Source: Actinomycetota bacterium
Lineage (GTDB): Bacteria; Actinomycetota; Thermoleophilia; Gaiellales; Gaiellaceae
DNA length: 64,000 bases
Direction of reading: 5' to 3'
Assembly: GCA_947445525.1 (NCBI GenBank)
Contig: CANFDS010000004.1
Coordinates: forward strand, 191-64,190
This document shows, one piece after another, positions 11,651 to 19,273 of the stretch. Numbering within the stretch: position 1 is the first letter of the stretch; every line of letters begins with the position of its first letter. The notes beneath the pieces are model-generated. The model did no database searches. It saw only the letters and a list, made by a program, of their open reading frames with translations, and was not told the origin of the DNA. A program made the position numbers and the translations under genes.

Positions 11651-12100
11651 GTGCTGATCGCCCTCCCTGAGCTCAGCGGGCACGCCGGCCAGGAGGTCGG
11701 CCGGTCGCCGTGGCACGAGATCACCCGGGAGCAGGTGCGCGCCTTCGCGGCTGCCACCGGCGACCACCAGTGGCTGCACGTCGACGACGAGCGCGCACAG
11801 GCCGGGCCCTACGGGACGACGATCGCGCACGGCTTCCTGACGCTGGCGCTGGCGCCGCTGCTGCTGTCGGAGACGGTGCAGATCGAGGGCTGCGCCGCGG
11901 TCGTCAACTACGGCGTCGACCGACTGCGCTTCCCGGCCGCGGTGAGGGTCGGCTCGCGGGTGCGCGCACTGGTGGAGCTGCAGAGCGCCGACGAGATCGC
12001 CGGCGGGGTGCAGGCCGTCTGGAAGCTGACGTACGAGCTCGAGGGCGGCGACAAGCCGGCCTGCGTCGCGGAGATCGTCTTCCGCTACCTCGCGGCCTGA
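11651..12100 (+). CDS. MaoC-like (R)-specific enoyl-CoA hydratase/dehydratase
   Basis: 'FAAATGDHQWLHVDDERA...GTTIAHGFLTLAL' is the MaoC hotdog signature. Confidence 0.8.
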   Translation: MLIALPELSGHAGQEVGRSPWHEITREQVRAFAAATGDHQWLHVDDERAQAGPYGTTIAHGFLTLALAPLLLSETVQIEGCAAVVNYGVDRLRFPAAVRVGSRVRALVELQSADEIAGGVQAVWKLTYELEGGDKPACVAEIVFRYLAA

Positions 12101-12345
12101 GAACTCATTTCAGAATGAGCGTTGAACCTCGGGGCCCTCGGAGCGAGCGGGTGGGCTGACCGGCTCGCCGGCCAGGCTGGCCGCCTGGACAAGAGCCGGG
12201 CAGCGCAGCCGCGAAGCCCTGGAGGCCGCTCAGGGAGCGGGCTTCAGGTCGCCGCAGGCCCACAGGTCGGACGCGCAGCGGCCGGACTCCGGGCCGAAGG
12301 ACGATCCGAGCGAGCCGCGGACGGCGCTCATTCTGAAATGAGTTC
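12101..12345. mobile_element. MITE-like 245-bp element with perfect 20-bp terminal inverted repeats
   Basis: GAACTCATTTCAGAATGAGC at 12101-12120 is the exact reverse complement of 12326-12345. TGA flanks both sides (12098-12100 and 12346-12348). The repeats are about 40% GC in roughly 70% GC DNA. The element lies between convergent genes. Confidence 0.5.
12230..12331 (-). CDS. Candidate 33-aa peptide MSAVRGSLGSSFGPESGRCASDLWACGDLKPAP
   Basis: The ATG is embedded in the right inverted repeat. 30 of 32 third positions after the ATG are G/C (strong coding-like bias). There is no obvious SD and I recognise no homology. Confidence 0.25.
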   Translation of the reverse strand: MSAVRGSLGSSFGPESGRCASDLWACGDLKPAP

Positions 12346-12358
12346 TGAAGCGGCAGCG

Positions 12359-13600
12359 TCAGAGCGGCGGCAGTGCCGGACGCTCGCCGGTGCTGCCGTG
12401 GGTCTCGGCGCGGAGCAGCGAGCCGACGAGCGGGATCGAGAGCGCGATCGGCACGGCGCACAGCGGCCACAGCGCCTGGTAGCCGTTCGTCTTGTCGAAC
12501 GTGGAGGAGAGCGCGTCGATGACGACGCCGGCGACGACGGTGAAGAGCAGGCCGATGCCCTTGGTGCCCAGCGCGAGCCCGGCGATGGCGCCGCGCCGGT
12601 GCGACGGCATCAGCTTGAAGAGCAGGCCCCAGGAGAGCGTCATCACCGTGCCGGCCGCGACGGCGACCGGGATGATCACCGCGTAGTAGGCGTTGTGCCA
12701 GCTGCTGGCGAAGCCGGCCCCGAGGAGGCCCCCGGCATAGACGATCGAAGCGCCGAAGATGACCGGCGCCAGGCCGAAGCGGTCGCCGAGCCTGCCGGAG
12801 ACGACCGCCGCGATGACGTAGCCGATGGCGACGCAGGCGAGCACGGCGGTCGCCGTCGCCAACGGCTGGCCCAGCCCCCTCGTCACGTAGAGCACGGCGA
12901 AGGTGCGGGCGGCGGCGAACGCGCCCTCCCAGAGCGCGTTCGCGAGCAGGAAGCGGCGCACGAGCTCCTCCTCGCGCAGCACCTGCCAGCTCGTTCTCAG
13001 GTAGGCGCGGACGCCGGTGTAGACGCGCTCGCCCTGCTCGATCTCCTCGCGCACCAGCAGCACGGTGCCGCCGCAGGCGAACATCGTGACCGCCGCCGCC
13101 ACGATGAACGGCGCCGCGTGCCAGAGGTCGAACAGCTGACTGCCGGCGATCAGGGCGATGCCGAGCGCGACCCCACGCAGCAGGTGCTGCACGCCCTGGG
13201 CGCGCCCGTACATCGACTCGTCCAGCAGGTCGGGGTAGAGCCCACGGTACGGCGGCTCGTAGATGTAGTACGCGATGTAGAAGGCGAGCACGACCAGCGT
13301 GGTCGTCCAGAGGCTCGGCATCAGGCCCATCAGGGCGAGGGCGCCGGCCAGGCCGGGCAGGGCGATCAGCATGAACGGGCGGCGACGGCCGAGCGGCGTG
13401 TGGAACGAGTCGCTCCACGGCCCGATCACGAGCGACATGCCGAGGGCGAAGATCCCCTCGGCGGAGATGATCCCCGCGATGACGGTGCGCGAGTCGGTGA
13501 AGCGCTCGAGCAGCGGCGCCAGGTAGGCCGACGTGGTGGTGATCGAGAACGCGAGACCGAAGGCTCCCAGACCGAGCGTCCACACGAGCCGGTTCCGCAC
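12359..13600 (-). CDS. MFS transporter
   Basis: 413 aa with about 12 hydrophobic helices and 'GRRRPF'/'GRLGDRFG' loop motifs typical of MFS proteins. Confidence 0.8.
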   Translation of the reverse strand: MRNRLVWTLGLGAFGLAFSITTTSAYLAPLLERFTDSRTVIAGIISAEGIFALGMSLVIGPWSDSFHTPLGRRRPFMLIALPGLAGALALMGLMPSLWTTTLVVLAFYIAYYIYEPPYRGLYPDLLDESMYGRAQGVQHLLRGVALGIALIAGSQLFDLWHAAPFIVAAAVTMFACGGTVLLVREEIEQGERVYTGVRAYLRTSWQVLREEELVRRFLLANALWEGAFAAARTFAVLYVTRGLGQPLATATAVLACVAIGYVIAAVVSGRLGDRFGLAPVIFGASIVYAGGLLGAGFASSWHNAYYAVIIPVAVAAGTVMTLSWGLLFKLMPSHRRGAIAGLALGTKGIGLLFTVVAGVVIDALSSTFDKTNGYQALWPLCAVPIALSIPLVGSLLRAETHGSTGERPALPPL

Positions 13601-13674
13601 CCGCCGGAGGGTATCCGCACGTCCGGCGGTTCCGCCGTCTCACACCGGGCGCGACCCGTACGTTTCAGCTCGCG

Positions 13675-14613
13675 ATGGGCGACACCCCTCCAGCCAGAGT
13701 CGCGGTGCCATGGCAGGCGCAGTACGCGCTGCTCGCCTCCATCTGGGGGCTCAGCTTCATGCTGATCAAGATCGGCAACGAGACGCTCGACCCGATCCAG
13801 GTCTCGTTCGGTCGGATGATCGTGGGAGCAGCCGTGCTCGGGGCGATCGTTCTCGCCAAGCGGGAGCGGCTGCCCCGGGGCCTCCGCGCCTGGGGCCACA
13901 TCCTCGTCGTCTCGGCGCTCTTCAACAGCATTCCGATGACGCTCTACGCCTGGGCGGAGACGCGTGTCTCGTCGATCGTCGCCGGCATCTGGAACGGCAC
14001 GACGCCGCTGTTCGTGCTGATCGTCGTGCTCGCCGCGTTCCCCGAGGAGCGCCCGACTCGAGAGCGCATCGCAGGGATCGTAGTCGGCTTCGCCGGGGTC
14101 GTCGTGGTGCTGGGGCCGTGGAGCGGCCTGGGCGGGCAGAGTCTCGCCGGCAATCTCGCGGCACTGGCAGCAGCGCTCTGCTACGGCCTCGGCTACCCGT
14201 ACATGCGCCGGTACGTCGCGGCGACCCGGGAGTCCGGGCTCGCGCTCTCCTTCGCCCAACTGCTGTGCGCGATGGTGTGCCTCGCCGTCGTCACGCCGCT
14301 GGCGACCGAAGCCCCGTCGCACGTCTCGGCCCGGTCGCTGGCCGCCGTCGCCGCGCTCGGCGCGTTCGGCACCGGGTTCGCGTACGTCATCCACTACGCG
14401 ATCCTGCGCAAGGTCGGCACCACGACCGCGTCGACTGTCACCTACCTCATCCCCGTCGTCGCGACAGTGGCCGGCATCGTGTTCCTCGGCGAGCACCTGC
14501 GCTGGAACGAGCCGATCGGTGCGGTCGTCGTCCTCGTCGGCGTCGCGGTGACGCAGGGGCGGCTGCGCTACGTCCCCGGGCGGACGAGGCCCAGCGCGGC
14601 CGGCAAGCCGTAG
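13675..14613 (+). CDS. EamA/DMT-family transporter
   Basis: Two EamA-like halves with about 10 TM helices, for example 'ALLASIWGLSFMLIK'. Confidence 0.8.
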   Translation: MGDTPPARVAVPWQAQYALLASIWGLSFMLIKIGNETLDPIQVSFGRMIVGAAVLGAIVLAKRERLPRGLRAWGHILVVSALFNSIPMTLYAWAETRVSSIVAGIWNGTTPLFVLIVVLAAFPEERPTRERIAGIVVGFAGVVVVLGPWSGLGGQSLAGNLAALAAALCYGLGYPYMRRYVAATRESGLALSFAQLLCAMVCLAVVTPLATEAPSHVSARSLAAVAALGAFGTGFAYVIHYAILRKVGTTTASTVTYLIPVVATVAGIVFLGEHLRWNEPIGAVVVLVGVAVTQGRLRYVPGRTRPSAAGKP

Positions 14614-15257
14614 AGGTCGACCAGGCGCGGCGAGAAGCCGGGGTGACGGCTGTCGCGGTCGATCAGGATCCCGTGAAGCCCGACCTGCGCGGCGCCCTCG
14701 ATGTCGTCCTCGATCGAGTCGCCGACCATCACCGCCTCGGCGGCGGCGACGCCGAGCGCGTCGAGCGTCGCCTCGAAGATCGACGGGTGCGGCTTGGTGC
14801 GGCCGTGCGCGCGCGAGGCGATCGCCACGTCGACGTCGAGGCGATGGTGGCGGACGAAGCCGTCGAGCTCCCGCCCGGTGTTCGAGACGAGGGCGACCCG
14901 GAGGCCGTAGCGGCGTAGCTCCGCCAGCACCGGCGGCGCGTCCTCATAGAGGTCGAAGTTGCCGTGCCGCTCCCAGGCCAGCACCATCTCGCGGGCACAC
15001 GTCGTGACGCCGGGGCCCTCGCCGCCGAGGCCGCGGATGATGTCCTCGGTAAAGGCGACCCACAGCTCGTCGTCGTGATGCAGCTCGGGGTGGCGGCGGA
15101 ACGCTGCCGTGGCGGCGGCGCGCGCCTCAGCGTGACGGGCGGCGTCGAGCGCGAGCCCGTGGCGCGCGCCCATGTGCACGAAGCCGTCGGCGCCGAGCTC
15201 GGGGCCGGGCCGCGAGATCGTGAAGTCGACGTCGAAGACGACCGCGCGGAGCGTCAA
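14568..15257 (-). CDS. HAD-superfamily hydrolase
   Basis: Motif I 'VVFDVDFT', motif II 'VSNT', motif III/IV 'K...MVGDSIEDDIEGA'. The TTG start at 15257 overlaps the upstream TGA (TTGA). Confidence 0.75.
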   Translation of the reverse strand: MTLRAVVFDVDFTISRPGPELGADGFVHMGARHGLALDAARHAEARAAATAAFRRHPELHHDDELWVAFTEDIIRGLGGEGPGVTTCAREMVLAWERHGNFDLYEDAPPVLAELRRYGLRVALVSNTGRELDGFVRHHRLDVDVAIASRAHGRTKPHPSIFEATLDALGVAAAEAVMVGDSIEDDIEGAAQVGLHGILIDRDSRHPGFSPRLVDLYGLPAALGLVRPGT

Positions 15258-16063
15258 GGCGCGGGCCAGCGGTACGTCTCGGGCCGGCGATGGCGCAGTG
15301 CGGGCAGCGCCGCTCGGATCGCGTCCAGCCGGGCCAGGTCGACATCGGCCACGATCACCGTCTCCTCGTCCCCTGCCGTGGCCAGCACGACGCCCCACGG
15401 GTCGACGATCAACGAGCGGCCGTACGCCGCCGGCTTGTCGGGGAAGACCGTGCCCGTCTGCGCGGCCGCGGCGACGTAGCACTGGTTCTCGATCGCACGG
15501 GCGCGCAGCAGCGGCTCCCAGTGATCCTTGCCCGTGACCAGCTGTGCGCCGCCCAGCGCCAGGACGCGGTACAGCTCGGGGAAGCGGACGTCGTAGCAGA
15601 TGATCAGCCCGATCCTCAGGCCGCCCACCTCGGCGATCACCGGCTCGTCGCCGGCGGCATCGGAGTCGGATTCGCGGTAGACGACGCCGCCCGCGTCCAC
15701 GTCGAAGAGGTGGATCTTGCGATAGGCCGCCACGAGGGCGCCCGTGCCGTCGAAGACGAAGCAGGTGTTGGGGAGCTTCCCTCCGCCCGCGGGCAGCTCG
15801 GTGATCGAGCCGCCCACCAGCACGCTGCCGTGCTCGCGCGCCCAGCGCGACATCGCCGCCACCGACTCGCCACCGGAAAGCGGCTCCGCCAGCGCCCGGT
15901 AGTCGGCCACCGTCCCGATGCCGTTCCACTTCTCCGGCAAGACGATCACAGCGGCGCCCTGCGCCGCCGCCCGCGCGACCAGCGCCTTCGCCGTGGCCAG
16001 GTTCGCCGCCTTGTCGGCGCGGCTTGTCATCTGCACGCAGCCGACTCGCATTCGCTGACTCAC
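15254..16063 (-). CDS. Carbon-nitrogen hydrolase (nitrilase superfamily, omega-amidase-like)
   Basis: Catalytic triad context 'VLPEKW', 'YRKIHLFD' and 'GLIICYDVRFPE'. Confidence 0.85.
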   Translation of the reverse strand: MSQRMRVGCVQMTSRADKAANLATAKALVARAAAQGAAVIVLPEKWNGIGTVADYRALAEPLSGGESVAAMSRWAREHGSVLVGGSITELPAGGGKLPNTCFVFDGTGALVAAYRKIHLFDVDAGGVVYRESDSDAAGDEPVIAEVGGLRIGLIICYDVRFPELYRVLALGGAQLVTGKDHWEPLLRARAIENQCYVAAAAQTGTVFPDKPAAYGRSLIVDPWGVVLATAGDEETVIVADVDLARLDAIRAALPALRHRRPETYRWPAP

Positions 16064-16089
16064 AGCCGGGAAGGATAGCCTCCGCGCTC

Positions 16090-17343
16090 GTGACGTCCGG
16101 CACTCCCAGCGCCGAGCCCGACCGCGCCCGCGCAGACCGGGGCCGGGCCCTGCACGCCCTCCGCAGCCGCGACTTCCGGCTCTTCTTCACCGGGCAGGCC
16201 ATCTCGCTGATCGGCAGCGCGGCGTTCACGGTCGCGCTCGGCTGGCGCACGTACACGCTCACCGGGGAGGCGAGCTTCCTCGGCTTCGTGCTCGGGCTCC
16301 AGGCCGTCGCGATAGTGGCGACGCTGCTGGTCGGCGGCGTACTCGCCGACCGCTACGACCGCCGCCGGCTGATGATCGCCTCGGATCTCGGGCGCTTCGC
16401 CGCCGTCGCGGCCCTCGCCGCTCTCGACGCGAGCGGCCACCTGACGCTGGCCTGGCTGCTCGGCTTCGCCTTCGTGCTCGGGCTGGGCGAGGGCATCTTC
16501 ATTCCCGCGTTCGGCGGCATGGTGCCGCTCGTCGTCGACTCCACGGTGCTCGCCTCCGCCAATGCGCTCGTCGGTATCGCCCGGCAGGGCTCCGCGCTGC
16601 TCGGGCCGGCGCTGGCGGCGGCCATCTACGTTCCCGCAGGCTCCGCCACCATCTTTGCGATCGATGCCGCGTCGTTCCTGGTGGCGGCCGCGTTCCTCCT
16701 GCGCGCACGCCCGCGCCGGCTCCCCGCCCGGCCTCCCGCCGGCGCCCGCCGGGAGGTGGCCGATGGCTTCCACTACGTCGCCGGAGTTCCGTTCCTGTGG
16801 GTCATGATTGCGATCTCGTCGCTGCTGCTGATGGTGCAGGTCGCGCCGTTCCAGGTGCTCCTGCCCGACCTCGTCAAGACGCAGTGGCACCAGGGAGTGG
16901 GCGGCTACGGCCTGCTGATGAGCGCCATGGGGGCCGGCATGGTGCTCGGCGCACTCGCCTTCGGCACGTTCGTGCCACGCCGCCACCGGGCGGTGATGAG
17001 CTTTGCGATTTTCGCAATCAACGGCCTGATCGTCGTGGTGATCGGCCTGGTGCCCTAGTTCACCGCGGCTCTGGCGCTGCAGGGGTTGCGCGGGCTCTTC
17101 GTCGGCTTCGGCATCGCAGTGTGGGAGACGACCCTGATGGAGATCATCCCCGAGCGCCTGCTGGCCCGGGTGATCAGTCTCGACTTCTTCGGCTCGATCG
17201 GGCTGATGCCGCTCGGCTACGTGCTCGCCGCAGGGATCGCGGGGCTGGCCTCGCCGGGCCTGATCGTCTCGGCCGGCGCCGCCGTCGGCACTGCGCTGTT
17301 CGTGGCGGCGCTGCTGTGGCCGCGCGCCCGCGAGATCGACTGA
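16090..17343 (+). pseudogene. MFS transporter (MFS_3/EntS-like) interrupted by one in-frame TAG at 17056..17058
   Basis: ORFs 16024..17058 and 17086..17343 share a frame. Read together ('...VVVIGLVP*FTAALALQGLRGLFVGFG...') they give about 417 aa and 12 TM helices. Probable GTG start at 16090. Confidence 0.7.
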
Positions 17344-17408
17344 CGCCGAGAGCCGGCGGGGGGCGTGAAACGCGGCGAGCGGCCGAAGCCGCCCGCCGTC
17401 TCTACCCA

Positions 17409-17482
17409 TCGGGGTGCCCGGATTTGAACCGGGGACCTCTCCGACCCGAACGGAGCGCGCTACCAGGCTGCGCCACACCCCG
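17409..17482 (-). tRNA. tRNA-Pro (anticodon CGG)
   Basis: The reverse complement reads CGGGGTGTGGCGCAGCCTGGTAGCGCGCTCCGTTCGGGTCGGAGAGGTCCCCGGTTCAAATCCGGGCACCCCGA. It has a 7-bp acceptor stem, anticodon loop TTCGGGT and T-loop GGTTCAAATCC. CCA is not encoded. Confidence 0.9.
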
Positions 17483-17619
17483 AGGCGAGGCCATACGTTA
17501 GCGCGTCCAGCCCTGACCCTGCGCCGATGGGTCGCCCGTCGCGCTGGATGTCGGCACGAATCGCGCACGAAGCCTCCGCTCGCCACGGGGTACGTTGCCT
17601 GTACAGGCGACAAGGAGGT

Positions 17620-17991
17620 ATGGCAGTGAACGTTGTGACCCTGATCGGCAACCTCGCCAGTGACGTCGAGCTGAAGCCGGTCGGAGAGGACAAGCAGGTG
17701 GCGACCTTCCTGCTCGCGGTCGACCGGCCCGGGCAGGAGGAGGCGGACTTCATCCGCATTGCGACGTGGAACAAGCAGGCCGAGGTCTGCGCCCGGTACC
17801 TCGTCAAGGGCCGCCGCGTCGCCGTCGACGGCCGGATCCGCACCCGCTCGTGGGAGGACGACGGCAAGCGCCGCTCGGCGGTCGAGATCGTCGCGAACCA
17901 CGTCCAGTTCCTCTCGCCGCCCGTCGGCGACGAGCCGGCCGGGGCGGGGCACCAGGAGGATGTGCCGTTCGAGACAGCGGTGCTCGCCTAG
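17620..17991 (+). CDS. ssb: Single-stranded DNA-binding protein (short, 123 aa)
   Basis: OB fold 'VNVVTLIGNLASDVELK...FIRIATWNKQAEVCARYLVKGRRVAVDGRIRTRSWEDDGKRRSAVEIVA'. SD AAGGAGG sits 2 nt upstream of the ATG. Confidence 0.85.
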   Translation: MAVNVVTLIGNLASDVELKPVGEDKQVATFLLAVDRPGQEEADFIRIATWNKQAEVCARYLVKGRRVAVDGRIRTRSWEDDGKRRSAVEIVANHVQFLSPPVGDEPAGAGHQEDVPFETAVLA

Positions 17992-18088
17992 CAGTCGAGC
18001 CGACCCGGCACGCGCTGGCGCCCTGGCCTGCCGCCCCCTTACCGGGGTGCGTGGGCCTGGGCGCCGGGCCGGTTAGACTCGGCCTCCA

Positions 18089-18832
18089 ATGGCCAGCCGC
18101 GACGCGATTCTCAGCCACGCCCAGGAGCTGCTCGACCTCGCCGCCTACCCGGACTACGGGCCGATGGGCCTCCAGGTGGCCGGTGCCACGGAGGTGACGA
18201 GCATCGCCTGCGGGGTCTCGGCGTCGCTCGAGCTGTTCGAGCGCGCCGCCGCCATGGGCGCGCAGCTCGTGATCGTCCACCACGGCCTCTTCTGGAACAA
18301 CGAGTCGCGTGTCGTCGATGGCGTCCTGAAGGCACGGCTGAGCGCCCTCCTCACCGCCGACATCACGCTGGCGGCCTATCACCTGGCGCTGGATGCCCAC
18401 CCCGAGCTCGGCAACAACGCCCGGCTGGCGCAGGAGCTCGGTGTCGAGATCGAGGGCAGCTTCGGCAACGTCGGTGTCGGCGGGCGACTCCGCGACCCCG
18501 AGAGCGGCGAGGCGTTCGCGCGCCGCGTTGCCGCGCTGCTCGAGCGCGAGCCGGTCGCCTTCCTCTCTGGCCCGGCTGTCGTCGAGCGCGTCGCGATCTG
18601 CAGCGGCGGCGCAGGACGCGACCTGCCGCTCGCTGCGGCCGGGGGCTACGACCTCTACCTCACAGGCGAGCCCGAGGAGCCGAGCCTGCACCAGGCCAGG
18701 GAGCTCGGCATCCACTTCGTGGCCGGCGGCCACTACGCCACCGAGCGGCTCGGAGTGCAGGCGCTGAGCGCCCGGCTTGCCGACCGCTTCGGCGTGGAGT
18801 GGGCGTTCATCGAGCTGCCCAACCCGGTTTGA
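18089..18832 (+). CDS. Nif3-family dinuclear metal centre protein (YbgI-like)
   Basis: 'GLQVAG...VIVHHGLFW...AYHLALDAHPELGNN...GGHYATE' are the conserved Nif3 metal-ligand motifs. Confidence 0.85.
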   Translation: MASRDAILSHAQELLDLAAYPDYGPMGLQVAGATEVTSIACGVSASLELFERAAAMGAQLVIVHHGLFWNNESRVVDGVLKARLSALLTADITLAAYHLALDAHPELGNNARLAQELGVEIEGSFGNVGVGGRLRDPESGEAFARRVAALLEREPVAFLSGPAVVERVAICSGGAGRDLPLAAAGGYDLYLTGEPEEPSLHQARELGIHFVAGGHYATERLGVQALSARLADRFGVEWAFIELPNPV

Positions 18833-18864
18833 CACGGCCTCCGGCCGGCTCGCCCGGGTCCCCG

Positions 18865-18894
18865 TTGCCATCCGTCCTCGCACCACAGTAAGCT
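18865..18894 (+). promoter_or_regulatory. Candidate sigma-70-type promoter
   Basis: TTGCCA (18865-18870), an 18-nt spacer, then TAAGCT (18889-18894), located in the nif3-HTH intergenic region. Confidence 0.3.
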
Positions 18895-18962
18895 ACGTTC
18901 ATGTCACGTCATGGGGCACGGGAATGACCCGGATCCGCTGGACAGCAGAGGACTCCTCCGAG

Positions 18963-18993
18963 CCCGCCCGCGCACTGCGTCGGTGGGTTTTTT
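18963..18993 (+). terminator. Intrinsic terminator (GC-rich stem plus T6)
   Basis: CCCGCCCGCGC-ACT-GCGTCGGTGGG folds into a stem of about 10 bp (two G-U pairs, one mismatch). TTTTTT follows at 18988-18993. Canonical T-tract terminators appear rare in this window. Confidence 0.55.
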
Positions 18994-19028
18994 CATTCCC
19001 GGGGCTCCCAACGTAGCGAAGGAGAGTC

Positions 19029-19262
19029 ATGGCGAACCATCTCACGCCCGAAGAGCTCTCGAACGAGCTCGGTATCGATCGTGAAGAAGTCATCAAGGTG
19101 TGTGTGCAGGAAGGCGTGCCCATCTACCAGGGCAAGATCGACAAGACGCTGTTCCAGGCACAGCTCGAGGCAATCGGGGGAACGCCCCAACGCGCGGCAG
19201 CCACCGGCTCGTCGCGCGCAGCGCCACTACTTGCACTTCCGATCGACGCACGGCAGGGGTAG
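19029..19262 (+). CDS. Small helix-turn-helix protein (excisionase/MerR-like HTH_17)
   Basis: SD GAAGGAGAG precedes the ATG. 'LTPEELSNELGIDREEVIKVCVQEGVPIYQGKID' resembles excisionase-type HTH domains. The C-terminal third is low complexity. Confidence 0.45.
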   Translation: MANHLTPEELSNELGIDREEVIKVCVQEGVPIYQGKIDKTLFQAQLEAIGGTPQRAAATGSSRAAPLLALPIDARQG

Positions 19263-19273
19263 TCTCTCTCGCC

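Noticed and set aside
12230-12331. Lasso-peptide or other RiPP precursor (a Gly...Glu spacing 'GSSFGPE' plus two Cys).
   Set aside because: The putative leader would be only 8 aa without the usual Thr at -2. No cyclase, protease, radical-SAM or other maturation genes are within reach. It is kept only as an unexplained small ORF.
14568-16262. The 564-aa ORF suggesting a fusion protein of an unknown N-domain and a HAD hydrolase.
   Set aside because: The N-terminal 335 codons overlap the nitrilase-family gene in another frame and are Arg/Gly-rich. A TTG start overlapping the nitrilase stop (TTGA) gives a normal 229-aa HAD protein.
8771-17058. The idea that TAG is reassigned (pyrrolysine or a sense codon) because two genes contain in-frame TAG.
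   Set aside because: TAG terminates many well-conserved genes at their expected ends in this same window: tuf, rplQ, rplE, rplD, rpmC, rplJ, rplA, rpoC, ligA and ftsH. No pyl genes or tRNA-CUA are visible. Global reassignment is therefore untenable, and only local mutation, error or leaky readthrough remain.
17344-18088. Integrated element or prophage remnant at tRNA-Pro.
   Set aside because: There is no integrase, excisionase, att-like direct repeat of the tRNA 3' end or phage genes on either side. The neighbours are ordinary metabolic and transport genes.
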